In this document: positions 29,726-39,323 of the stretch, piece after piece
Position numbering within the stretch: position 1 is the stretch's first letter
Layout of the letters: every line of letters begins with the position of its first letter
Assembly: GCA_963837465.1 (NCBI GenBank)
Contig: CAWINB010000004.1
Coordinates: forward strand, 522,853-586,852
DNA from: Candidatus Doudnabacteria bacterium
Lineage (GTDB): Bacteria; Patescibacteriota; Doudnabacteria; UBA920
Direction of reading: 5' to 3'
DNA length: 64,000 nt
The notes under the pieces: model-generated
Seen by the model: only the letters and a program-made list of their open reading frames with translations
What the model was told of the DNA's origin: nothing
The model's database searches: none
Made by a program: the position numbers and the translations under genes

Positions 29726-30928
29726 CTATACAAACAACCCTTGCATCAAGCCTTTTTTCCATTGCTCGGCTTGGGTGATTTGTTGTTGTTTAGATTCTAT
29801 TACATTGTCGACCGAAGTTAAAAAATCTGCGATTTTTTGCTGTTCCGGAAGGGTTGGAACGGGTAATTTTATATTTGAATATTTAGAAATCCAATGCCTG
29901 CCGTGTCCGCCAATTTCATATTTAATTTGGGTCATAGCTTCATATATAAATTTTATATCGGTCCCATCTTTTGCTTTTAAAATTTTCATCGCCGATGATT
30001 TAACTTTAAATGGAAAATCAACAAACTGCGATGTTGTAGTAAAATCATCAAATATTATTACAGGCAAATCAGTTGTCAGAAAAATTCCACTCGTTTCGTC
30101 TGTAAATCCCAATATAAAAGTTTTACCGGCAGTTAAAACAGGGGTTTTGTAACTACTATCGTATTCTGTGCTTTTTACAATATAATTAGTTGGCTGTTCA
30201 TAATCTAAGCAATCCGCCAACTTTTTCCCTTCCCATTTGGGAAAATCTTTTCCTTTTTCATTTTTAAAACGGATTTCTTGGGAAAATATTTTTTGTACTA
30301 TTCCTTTTTTGTAGGATTCAAAAGATTCTTTTTGCTTTTTTAAATTTTCTATCCACTCATCAACTGCCCCAACAAAACCTATTAACTTTTTTTGTTCGGG
30401 CAATGAGGGTGTATGAATACTAAAATTAGAAACTTGGGCCAAAGAAATATTACTTTGAGCCAATCCTACTTTTAGTCTGTTAATTTGGTTTTGAATAAAA
30501 TCCGAACGCAAAACTTCCCTTATATATTTTGAACTAACCCCACTTTTTGGTGAAATAATCGCAAGTGCCTGGTTTGTATTGGCAGGTAGGACATCTTTAT
30601 TAGCCATCACCACCCGCCCAAGAGCCCCAGCAATTGAAAACAAAATATCACCTTCTTTTAACTGAGACCTTTTTAAGGCCTGATTACAATTTTCATCAAT
30701 ATGAGCAAATTTATCAATTAAAAAATTGCCGTCTTCGGTAATTGATTCAATCTTAATAAAATTAATTCCGCTCTTAGTATAGTTAAACCCCAACGTAGTC
30801 GGGGTAGTCCCTTTTGTAATTCTATCGGAAATATCCCCCAACTTTTTTTCCTCCCACTCACCAGAAAAACCCGGAAAGCGGAGTTTTGGGATTTTTTTAT
30901 TTTGCAGTTGTGCGGCTTTTGCTGGCAT
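29726..30928 (-). CDS. hsdS: Type I RM specificity subunit
   Basis: PKLRF..EWEEKKLG, two TRDs, PSLPEQ/PTLPEQQKIA, KKGLMQ. Confidence 0.92.
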   Translation of the reverse strand: MPAKAAQLQNKKIPKLRFPGFSGEWEEKKLGDISDRITKGTTPTTLGFNYTKSGINFIKIESITEDGNFLIDKFAHIDENCNQALKRSQLKEGDILFSIAGALGRVVMANKDVLPANTNQALAIISPKSGVSSKYIREVLRSDFIQNQINRLKVGLAQSNISLAQVSNFSIHTPSLPEQKKLIGFVGAVDEWIENLKKQKESFESYKKGIVQKIFSQEIRFKNEKGKDFPKWEGKKLADCLDYEQPTNYIVKSTEYDSSYKTPVLTAGKTFILGFTDETSGIFLTTDLPVIIFDDFTTTSQFVDFPFKVKSSAMKILKAKDGTDIKFIYEAMTQIKYEIGGHGRHWISKYSNIKLPVPTLPEQQKIADFLTSVDNVIESKQQQITQAEQWKKGLMQGLFV

Positions 30929-30930
30929 AA

Positions 30931-32508
30931 TTAAAAAGGTTTGTTGATTTTTAGTTCCTCACAAAATTCCGCAATCTTTTTTTGTAGACTTAACTCATTT
31001 ATGTTTAATTCTTTGAGTATCTTAGCAACGCTTTCTATATCAATAATCTCTTCTTCTTCAAATGTGTCCACATAGCGCGGAATGTTTAGGTTGTAATCGT
31101 TTTCTTGAATTTCTTTTATGGTTGCGCGGTGGGAATACTTTTCTATTTCTTTTCGGTCTTTATAGGTTTCAAAAATTTTGGCGATGTGTTCATTTGTTAA
31201 ATAATTTTGATTACCTCTCTTTTCAAATTCTATGGAAGCATCAATAAACAAAATATCTTCATCATCTTTGCGGCATTTTTTAAAAACAAGAACTGTTGCG
31301 GGAATGGAGGCTCCATAAAACAGGTTTGCCGGCAGGCCGATAACCGCATCCAAATAGTTTTGTTTTTCTATAATATATTTTCTTATGTGGCCCTCCGCAC
31401 CGGACCTAAAAAGCGCGCCATGAGGCAAGACTATGGCCATTGTGCCGTTGTCGGCAAGGTGGTGAAGCATATGAGTTACAAAGGCATAGTCCGCGGCGCT
31501 TTTAGGTGCCAGTCTGCCGTATTGGGAAAAGCGGTCATCGTGCGCTAGGGCTGGATCTGTGTCTCCTTTCCACTGGGCGGAAAAAGGTGGATTGGCAACA
31601 ATCGCCTCGGCCTTTAGGTCTGGGTACATATCTTCTTTAAGCGTATCGCCTTGGCGAATGGAAAAACGAGTAAAATTTATCCCGTGCAAAATCATATTCA
31701 TTCTGGCCAGGTTGTATGTAGTTGGATTAAGTTCTTGCCCGTAATAATTAGCTACGTCCGTAAATTCACCAAGACGAAGCAAAAGGGAGCCGCTACCACA
31801 GGTTGCGTCGTAAGCAGATTTAATACGTTTTTTATCTAACGAAACAATTTGTGCAAGCAAACGCGATATTTGAGCGGGGGTGTAATACTCGCCGCCTTTT
31901 TTACCGGCCCCGGCCGCAAATTCTCCAATTAAATATTCGTAGGCATCACCTAACAGATCGCTCTTAGCGTCTTCAAGTTTAAAATCAATACCCGCTAGAA
32001 GCGTTAGCACTTCCACAACAACTTCGTTCTTTTCGTTTTCCCGTGAACCCAGCTTTGAGGAAGCAAGGTCGATATCATCAAACAAGCCCTTAAAGTCGTC
32101 TTCGCTTGCTGTTCCGGCGGAGGTCTTTTCTATATCGTTAAGGATATTTTTAAGATCCTCAAGAATAAAGGTTGTTTGACCCTTTATTTCACCTTTCCCT
32201 TTTTTAACCAGGTATGAAAAAAGTTCCGTCGGTTTAAGATAAAAACCAAGCTCGTCAATACAAGCCTGTTTTGTATGTACCAGATATTCCCGGCCTTCTG
32301 CCGCAGTTTCTTTTACTTGGTCAAAAGTAATTTTGTCGCTAACTAAAAGTTTTTCATTTACATAGCGCTCCAGCTTTTCAGAAAGATATTTATAGAAAAT
32401 AAAGCCAAGAATATAGTTTTTATATTCATCAGCGTTCATCTTCCCGCGAAGCACATTCGCAACGCCCCATAATTGTTTTTCTAACAGCCTTTTTTGTTCT
32501 TCTGACAT
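30931..32508 (-). CDS. hsdM: Type I RM N6-adenine methyltransferase
   Basis: GEYYTP, DATCGSGSLL, NPPF, YNLNIPRYV. Confidence 0.95.
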   Translation of the reverse strand: MSEEQKRLLEKQLWGVANVLRGKMNADEYKNYILGFIFYKYLSEKLERYVNEKLLVSDKITFDQVKETAAEGREYLVHTKQACIDELGFYLKPTELFSYLVKKGKGEIKGQTTFILEDLKNILNDIEKTSAGTASEDDFKGLFDDIDLASSKLGSRENEKNEVVVEVLTLLAGIDFKLEDAKSDLLGDAYEYLIGEFAAGAGKKGGEYYTPAQISRLLAQIVSLDKKRIKSAYDATCGSGSLLLRLGEFTDVANYYGQELNPTTYNLARMNMILHGINFTRFSIRQGDTLKEDMYPDLKAEAIVANPPFSAQWKGDTDPALAHDDRFSQYGRLAPKSAADYAFVTHMLHHLADNGTMAIVLPHGALFRSGAEGHIRKYIIEKQNYLDAVIGLPANLFYGASIPATVLVFKKCRKDDEDILFIDASIEFEKRGNQNYLTNEHIAKIFETYKDRKEIEKYSHRATIKEIQENDYNLNIPRYVDTFEEEEIIDIESVAKILKELNINELSLQKKIAEFCEELKINKPF

Positions 32509-32539
32509 AAATATATTTTATAGCTACTTTTATAGTATA

Positions 32540-33664
32540 TACTCTCTTGCTAAATTAATTCCGAAATGTTAGACTAAGGCTAATAACCTTAACCCTAACA
32601 AAATGTACCAAATAAAATTGTCGGTAAGCGAGCTTAAGAAGATTAAACAACTACAAGAAAAGGAGAAAAATGCCAGAGTTTTGCGCCGTCTTGAAGCCAT
32701 AAAGCTCTTAAGCCAGGGGCAAAGCCATCAGGAGATCGCGGAAGCGCTGAATGTATGCATGGATACAATCACAGATTGGGTAAAAATTTACCAATCAGGG
32801 AAACTCCCAGGATTATGTGAACTGCAATTTAAAGATAAGCGAAAGTCAAAAATTAATGATTATGTAGAGCAAATCAAACAGGATGTAAAAGACAACACCA
32901 TTACGACTTTAGCTGAAATGCAGGCCTGGATTAAGGAAAAGTACTCAATTGAAATGGAACAAAGCTGGTTATGGCGTTGCTGTAAAAAAAACTCAATTTA
33001 TCTTACAAAAAAACCCGTATAGTTCCCAGCGGCGCGCCGACACAGGAAGTTCAGAAGGATTTCGTAAAGTTCATTCTTAAAACCATAAAGAAAGCCAATG
33101 AGGATAAGGATATTGTACTATTTTTAGACCCCGCCCACCAAGTCCACAATGTTGATAATAGCTACTGCTGGCAACTTAAAGGTAAAAATGAAACCAAAGC
33201 CGTGCCATCCAATAGCGGCCGGGAAAGATTGACCGTCATCGGTGCCATTGGCGTGGAAAACTTCAAACCGACTATTCTGACGACGACCGATAACTGTGAT
33301 GGGCAAATGATGACGGTATTTTTAGGGGAAATCAGAAAAGATTATCCTGAAGCCCAAACCATATACATTTTCCTGGATAACGCCAAGTACAACCACAGTA
33401 ATTTGGTAACAGCGGAAGCAAAACAGTTAGGTATTGAACTGTTGTTTTTGCCGCCATATTCCCCAAACCTTAACTTAATTGAACGGCTCTGGAAATTCAT
33501 GAAAAAGAAAGTTAAAGCCAATAAGTATTACAAAACTTTTGTTGAGTTTACAAGCGCTATACATGATTTTTTTAAAAACATCGCTCAATACAAACCGGAG
33601 CTTGAAAAACTGTTAACCCTTAATTTTGAGATCATATAATCGGAATTAATTTAGCAAGAGAGTA
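32540..33664 (+). mobile_element. IS630-family insertion sequence
   Basis: 24-bp terminal inverted repeats tactctcttgctaaattaattccg, TA flanks, HTH ORF plus DDE ORF. Confidence 0.92.
32603..33639 (+). CDS. IS630 transposase (orfA 32603-33022 plus frameshifted DDE part)
   Basis: A8 run near 32984-32991; FLDNAKY, LPPYSPNLNLIERLW. Confidence 0.88.
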
Positions 33665-33711
33665 TATCTTAATTTTATCACTTTTTAAGCCTTTTGGACA
33701 ATCTTAATTTA

Positions 33712-33743
33712 AAGCCCCGGGCTCTGTTAAAGAGCCCGGGGCT
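33712..33743. terminator. GC-rich hairpin
   Basis: agccccgggctct-gttaa-agagcccggggct. Confidence 0.5.
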
Positions 33744-33853
33744 AGGCAAAAATTACAACTTTTTTAACAGCTTATGGCCACAACAAGACAAATCTTATAG
33801 CCGCTGGTCGATATTAACGATTTGGATATATAATACTCGCAGAAAGGAACTTT

Positions 33854-34228
33854 ATGGACAAGAAATTTCAGGGTAATTTGGAGGATCAGGCAGAAACTGT
33901 AATCGGTCCATCGGCTAACATCCAGGGAGAGTTGATCAGCCAAGGCACTATTAAAATTGAAGGCCAAGTTATAGGTAAGATCACAACCAGCCAAATCGTG
34001 TCTATAACCCAAAATGCAAAAGTTACGGCTGAAGTGGAAGCGGAAAGCGCGGTTATTGGAGGAGAAGTTCAGGGCCATTTAAACATCTCGGGACGCTTGA
34101 TTTTGTTGTCCACCGCCAAGGTTGCCGCTGACATAACTTGTCCAACCTTGAAAGTGGAAGAGGGAGCACTTTATACCGGCAAGTGCATTATGGACGGCAA
34201 TATCCCTGCTGTGTTAAAAAAAGGATAA
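33854..34228 (+). CDS. Bactofilin (polymer-forming cytoskeletal protein)
   Basis: TVIGPSANIQGEL...IKIEGQVIGKI...IGGEVQGHL...VEEGALYTGKC beta-helix repeats. Confidence 0.88.
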   Translation: MDKKFQGNLEDQAETVIGPSANIQGELISQGTIKIEGQVIGKITTSQIVSITQNAKVTAEVEAESAVIGGEVQGHLNISGRLILLSTAKVAADITCPTLKVEEGALYTGKCIMDGNIPAVLKKG

Positions 34229-34339
34229 AATCTCACCAGAACCAAACCTGTAAATCTATATATTGGTATTTCTCGTCTTTTGCTCTGTTTTTGTCTTTTG
34301 TCTTCACCTCCCCATTTTTTTCCTGTTTTCGGTCTTTCT

Positions 34340-34736
34340 TCCACCCCCCCCATTTTCCCCTCTCTGTTTCCTTTGTTTTTTTGGTTTGTTTTAAGTTAGT
34401 TTAGTATATTTGTATTTAGTATTTAAGTATTTTAAGTATAGTATTTAGTAGTATATTGTTTTTAGTATTATTATCTATTTTGTCGTTCAGTTAGATTATC
34501 TGGTGATATATAGTAGTCAGGGGTATTTGGAGTAGTGAGAGGTAATGGAATTAAGGGGTTTAACAGCCAAACTGTATGAATGATGTTCATACAGCTGTTC
34601 ATACAGCTGGAAAGTACCAGTTGCTTCCATTTTAGGCTAAAGTTTTGGCCTCGGCAAGGGTGTATTGCAGGGGGTAATGGGGTAGGCAAAGTTAGCTGTT
34701 TTGGATATAATAGGTGTGAGCTTCACTAAGAAAATT
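34340..34736 (-). repeat. Att arm B copy 2 (inverted partner of copy 1)
   Basis: 34469-34736 is rc of 15435-15702; T-rich tail 34340-34468 is approximately rc of 15703-15839; abuts CACCAA at 34737. Confidence 0.95.
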
Positions 34737-36242
34737 CACCAAAGCATTTTCACCGCCTGCGTAGGCGGTTTTTGCTTGAAAAATATGCGAAAGTTTTGGG
34801 GTTGTAAATGTTTGATAATTGTAAATTGGTTTTTTAGGAAAAATCAAACCCATGAGTTTTGTTTTTTGCCAGTAAGTTGTCTTAGGCCAGAGCGTGGGCA
34901 AGTCTACGAGGAAGCCGAAGACAAAATTAATAGTGCGCTCAACATCAAAATTTTGACCGCTGTGAGTGTAGTCTTGTAAATCTAAGCTTCTATCCATGAG
35001 CTAACCTTTAACTCTAGCAAAGTCAATTTTAAAATCCTCATCAGGCAGTATATTTCTTTTAACCAAATCTAACAGCCGGTCTTTTTCTTTTTCTAATGAG
35101 GCAACTTGTTTTTTAACTACTTCTTTCCTTTGAGCTAGTTCCTTTGAATGACCGCCCCAAACATCTAAAATGACCTTTTTAAAGGCATTTAAGACTTCGG
35201 CATTCGGAGTAACCCCTTTTAAACACTTATCAAATTCGTCCTCTAGTGTTTTTTTAGCGATAGCTTTTTTGGAGGGGCAGACTTTATGGTAACAGCGGTA
35301 GTAAGGATAAAGGCCACCTAACCTGCCTTTGGAAAAACAGGCAGTTAAGGGACGGCTACACAATCCGCAGTCCACTTGGTGTCGCAGGGGGAAAGCTTCA
35401 TCTGTTCGGCTACCGGCTATGCAATCGCCTTTGGTAGTTTTAGGAAATTGTTTTTGATTTTTGTAATGGGTTTCTTCGCTGATGAGTGCAGGGTGAGTGC
35501 CTTTAAACTCCCCAAATTTGCTAACAATAATACCGCAGTAAAACTTTGAGGCTAAAATTTTATGAATGAGTTGGGTTGAAATCTCTTTACCCTTTTTGCT
35601 TCTAAGTCCCAGCTTGTTGGCTTTCTGCCGTAGCTCTTCTTGGGTATACATTCCAGAGGAAAATTCCTCTAACAAAAATTTGATTATATTACAGCGTGTT
35701 GAGTCTAATACTATGGATTTGTCTTTTTTGCCGTGATTTTGGTTTAAGTAACCAAGCGGAGCGTGGTGCGGCGAACGGCCGGATTGCAGACACTTGATTA
35801 TGCCGTCGGTAACTCTTTCGCTTCTAACATCGTTATCCAGTTGGGCAATGCTGGCCATCATGTTCCCCATGAACTTGCCAAAAGAATTATTGCCAATAGC
35901 TTCAGTGGTAGAAACTAACTCAACATTAAGTTTATCCAGCAAACCTTTAATGGCCGAATAGTCATTGACGTTCCTTGAGAGCCGGTCAACCTTGTTAACG
36001 ATAATGAAGTTGATTTTGTTTTTCTTGTCAGCTACAAATTTCAGCATGTCTTGCAAGCCAGGTCGGTCAGCGGTCTTTGCAGATTCTCCCTCATCGGAAA
36101 ATAACTTAACGATGGTTATGCCCTTGTCATCGGCGTATCTCTGGCAGGCTTCTTTTTGGTTATCCAAACTAAAACCGTCCACTTGGTCAGCTGTGGATAC
36201 TCGATAATACATTACGCCATTTTTCAAATTTTCTTGAGCCAT
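34692..36242 (-). pseudogene. Large serine recombinase 2, interrupted by an in-frame TAG at 35001-35003
   Basis: YYRVST, KVDRLSRN, APLGY, CGLC...YYRC; ORF 34692-34997 continues in the same frame through the core to LVNFLSEAHTYYIQNS*; likely start MAQENL. Confidence 0.85.
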
Positions 36243-36259
36243 AAGTTTAAGCCAAAATA

Positions 36260-36406
36260 TTATACACCCTTTCGCTCCTTGTCCCAAACCTCATAAGATA
36301 TTTCTGCAAACTGGTACATATCAAGACGCAGCTGCTCAATTTCTTGGTCAGTCAGTGTGCCTGCAAAGTCCCCCAGCGAATTTTTGAATTCATCTAAGGG
36401 AATCAT
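36260..36406 (-). CDS. Small protein (48 aa) between Rep and recombinase (not in ORF track)
   Basis: MIPLDEFKNSLGDFAGTLTDQEIEQLRLDMYQFAEISYEVWDKERKGV*; ATGA overlap with the Rep stop. Confidence 0.6.
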   Translation of the reverse strand: MIPLDEFKNSLGDFAGTLTDQEIEQLRLDMYQFAEISYEVWDKERKGV

Positions 36407-37242
36407 GGCTGTGAGGCTTTGTTTGTTAAAAAGCTTGCTGTATCAAAGCCGTCAGGAAATTGTAAAGTAATCTTTTTTATTTCCCTGCCGTCCAAAGAAA
36501 CAAACGGTTCATGTTCAATGACCTTACATTTGGATAAATCAATCCTATCTAAAACTTTTAAATTTCTGTTGTGGTCTAAACTGGCTTCGGGTTTTTTAAG
36601 TCCCCTTGAACAAAAATATCTTTTTCTAAATTTTTTATGCTTCTTGTCAAAATCTTTTCTGATATACTTGGCGACATAATTGGCTAAGTGGTCTAAATTT
36701 TTAATCTTCTTACCCACGACTGAACCTTGCGCCCAGAGCTTTTGGAAAGTCTTAAAAATATCCGTTATATGGGGCATATTCAAAAACACTGCGTGATAAT
36801 GCACTGACCCGCCGTCAGGTTTTATTTTGCCGTAAAAATCTACATCCTTTTGAAATTCCGGCACACAAATATAACAAAGTTTTTTACCTGTTTTTTTAAA
36901 ACAGTAATAATTAAAGCGTTTAATAAAATTTTTCCAAATGGGATGAGCGACATCAAAGCTGGTGGTGCTTTTGGCAAAGGTGAAAGTATAAAAATATGGG
37001 TTATGGGGCTTCTGCGTCTGCGAATTAAAGTATTGCCAGCCATTGCGTTTGAGTATTTTTCTAAGGCGACTTCTGGATTTGCTAATACACTCAGCAGGAT
37101 TTTTAATAACATCGTCATCAGCCAGCCTAGCCGTACGCCTTACTTTGCCCTTGGGGGTAAAATCAAAGCCAATGGGTTTATCAAATTCCAATAAATCCAT
37201 GTGCGAACCCTGAAAGATAATTTTAAGTTTGGTAGTTTTCAT
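36403..37242 (-). CDS. HUH-family rolling-circle replication initiator
   Basis: Motif I FYTFTF, motif II SVHYHAVF, motif III YVAKYIRK. Confidence 0.85.
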   Translation of the reverse strand: MKTTKLKIIFQGSHMDLLEFDKPIGFDFTPKGKVRRTARLADDDVIKNPAECISKSRSRLRKILKRNGWQYFNSQTQKPHNPYFYTFTFAKSTTSFDVAHPIWKNFIKRFNYYCFKKTGKKLCYICVPEFQKDVDFYGKIKPDGGSVHYHAVFLNMPHITDIFKTFQKLWAQGSVVGKKIKNLDHLANYVAKYIRKDFDKKHKKFRKRYFCSRGLKKPEASLDHNRNLKVLDRIDLSKCKVIEHEPFVSLDGREIKKITLQFPDGFDTASFLTNKASQP

Positions 37243-37420
37243 ATCGCCCTATGTTTATCCAGTAACAAGTAATACCGGCGGCAGGTGCCAGCGTCCGCGC
37301 GTCTAAAGCCGCGCCGGCCGCAGGACACCTGCGCCGCCAAAAGGCCAAACTAAAAAAAGCCGACCTTTTAAGGCCAGCTTACTAAACTGCTATCCTGCTA
37401 AATTTAGCTGAATGTTAGTT

Positions 37421-38257
37421 TTAGTTTAAATACTTGGAATTTATCTGCATTTTGCCTTGTTTTTTAGAATAGTTAAAAATAAGAAAATCGCCAATGCCTG
37501 TTTCCTTTAAAATCTTATTTTGTATCTTTTCGCAGGCCGTGGTATAACTGGACAGTTTATATTCCTCATCCAGTATGCCCTCGGCTACTTCTGTATAAAA
37601 AAATTCGCTATGCAAATCGCCATAAGCAAAAATATACCGCATAATCCGATATTCGTTGGTAACACGCTTCTGGCCTTTAATGGGGACTACGGCTCCGTTG
37701 ATAAATAAATTGCCGGTATCTACATCAAAGCGAAGGCCTTTTTCTTTTGATTGCCTGACACCGTATTGGAGTTTGCCAAGCTCAAGAGTTAGGTAACGCT
37801 GGATTTTATTGATTTTGTGTGGCAAATTTTTTCTGAAATAGTAATTGTCCCGTTTGGGTTTGCCTGCCTGCAAATCCTTAATGCTTTTGACCATATCAAT
37901 TTGTGCAGGAAATAAATCCTCCTCGGGCGTATGCAGTCGGTAATCATTTAAGGCTTCTTTGGTAAAAGTCAGCTCGGTGAAATCCTCAGAAATATTGGTG
38001 TAGAGCTTCATATCCAAAATCAATTTCATCAAGTCATATTGCCTATCATTTAGGGCTTTGGGAATCCTGCGGCGGGTTTCCCATAAATCGTTATGTTCTT
38101 TTTCCACTAGCTCGTTTAAGACCGGGGAACTTTCCACAAAATTAACATATTTTTCAACATTTAAAACAAAATTAAAATCCACAGGCTTATTTATAACCGC
38201 TTCAAAATGTTGTTTCAATTCTGTTTCTAGTAGTTCTAATTTTTCCAAAGTAGGCAT
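37421..38257 (-). CDS. Hypothetical protein
   Basis: 278-aa ORF; the C-terminus may be winged-helix-like (inference). Confidence 0.6.
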   Translation of the reverse strand: MPTLEKLELLETELKQHFEAVINKPVDFNFVLNVEKYVNFVESSPVLNELVEKEHNDLWETRRRIPKALNDRQYDLMKLILDMKLYTNISEDFTELTFTKEALNDYRLHTPEEDLFPAQIDMVKSIKDLQAGKPKRDNYYFRKNLPHKINKIQRYLTLELGKLQYGVRQSKEKGLRFDVDTGNLFINGAVVPIKGQKRVTNEYRIMRYIFAYGDLHSEFFYTEVAEGILDEEYKLSSYTTACEKIQNKILKETGIGDFLIFNYSKKQGKMQINSKYLN

Positions 38258-38610
38258 GGGTATATTATGCCTTATATACAGGGAAAATCAAATGGCTGAA
38301 TGTTCAATAAAACAGGGTTAATTTTATATACTTGGCTTAAATATAGTATATTTAAGTAGCTAATATTGACTTTTTCTATAAAAAGTGCTATAATGTATAT
38401 TCAAAACTAGAAATGGTTTTGAGAGCCAGTATTATCAAATGCCAATAGGCGTTTAATAATCGGCACGCACTTTGACAACTCAAGAGAAATTTTTAGCACC
38501 AAACTTTCACATTTTGTTTTTCCATTCCCTTTTGGCATTTTGCGGCAGAATTTTTTCTGCCATAGAGTCCCAAAAGGGAACAACGTGGCAACCCCACGTA
38601 GGAAAATCAA

Positions 38611-39240
38611 ATGACAAAGAATTTTTTCGACACGGAGTTTGCCACTGTCGTGCTCCCCGATGGCACGACCAAAGTAACGCCGATATCAATCGGCATCACA
38701 GATGAGAGCGGCCGCACTTACTACGCCGAGTTTGTCGGCGGGAGAGAAGCCGCCAACTCCTCTGAGTGGTTGCGAAACAACGTTTTGCCGCATTTGAAAA
38801 GCGGCACGGGGTTTCGGCAGGGAGACCCCCTGGAACTGAAAGGGTACATCATCGCTAACGCCGGATGGTTTGACGAAGGCTCCCCGGCCTTCGTTGAAAA
38901 ATCTCCCGAGACGATTGCTCGAGAAATCGAGCAGTTCTGTGGAGGAGAAATTCCGGAGTGGGTCGCCAGCTACGGGGCGTTTGACTTCGTGCTTTTATGC
39001 GGAGTCTGGGGCGGCATGATGAAAATGCCGAAAGATTGGCCGTGCCGCTTCACGGAAGCGGCGGGACTCGAATTGCCCCGTGTGGAGCGGGTGGGCGGGG
39101 AGCATAATGCTCTCAATGATGCATGCACGCTTCGAAAAGCGTGGATGCAAAAATACGCTCTACCGCCGGAAGTCAAACCCGTGGAAAAGAAGAAATGGTT
39201 TTCATTCTTCTCTCTCGGGCAAACTCGAGCGGCCGAGTAA
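38611..39240 (+). CDS. DEDDh 3'-5' exonuclease (Rv2179c-like)
   Basis: FFDTEF, ISIGI, YGAFDFV, HNALNDA. Confidence 0.8.
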   Translation: MTKNFFDTEFATVVLPDGTTKVTPISIGITDESGRTYYAEFVGGREAANSSEWLRNNVLPHLKSGTGFRQGDPLELKGYIIANAGWFDEGSPAFVEKSPETIAREIEQFCGGEIPEWVASYGAFDFVLLCGVWGGMMKMPKDWPCRFTEAAGLELPRVERVGGEHNALNDACTLRKAWMQKYALPPEVKPVEKKKWFSFFSLGQTRAAE

Positions 39241-39323
39241 GTTGCAAACATTTTCTCTTGTTTTGTCTTTCCCCGGAATACAGCACGCACAGCTGTTGTT
39301 CCGGGGATTTTTTATTTTTTTAT

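Larger units (their letters stand above)
12479..34742. mobile_element. Element 1: ~22.3-kb serine-recombinase integrative element
   Basis: Bounded by direct CACCAA cores at 12479 and 34737; carries recombinase, XRE regulator, VirD4-like, relaxase and defence cargo. Confidence 0.8.

Noticed and set aside
35001-35003. Stop-codon reassignment explaining the in-frame TAG
   Set aside because: TAG, TGA and TAA all terminate ordinary genes here (e.g. holA and AI-2E end in TAG), consistent with code 11.
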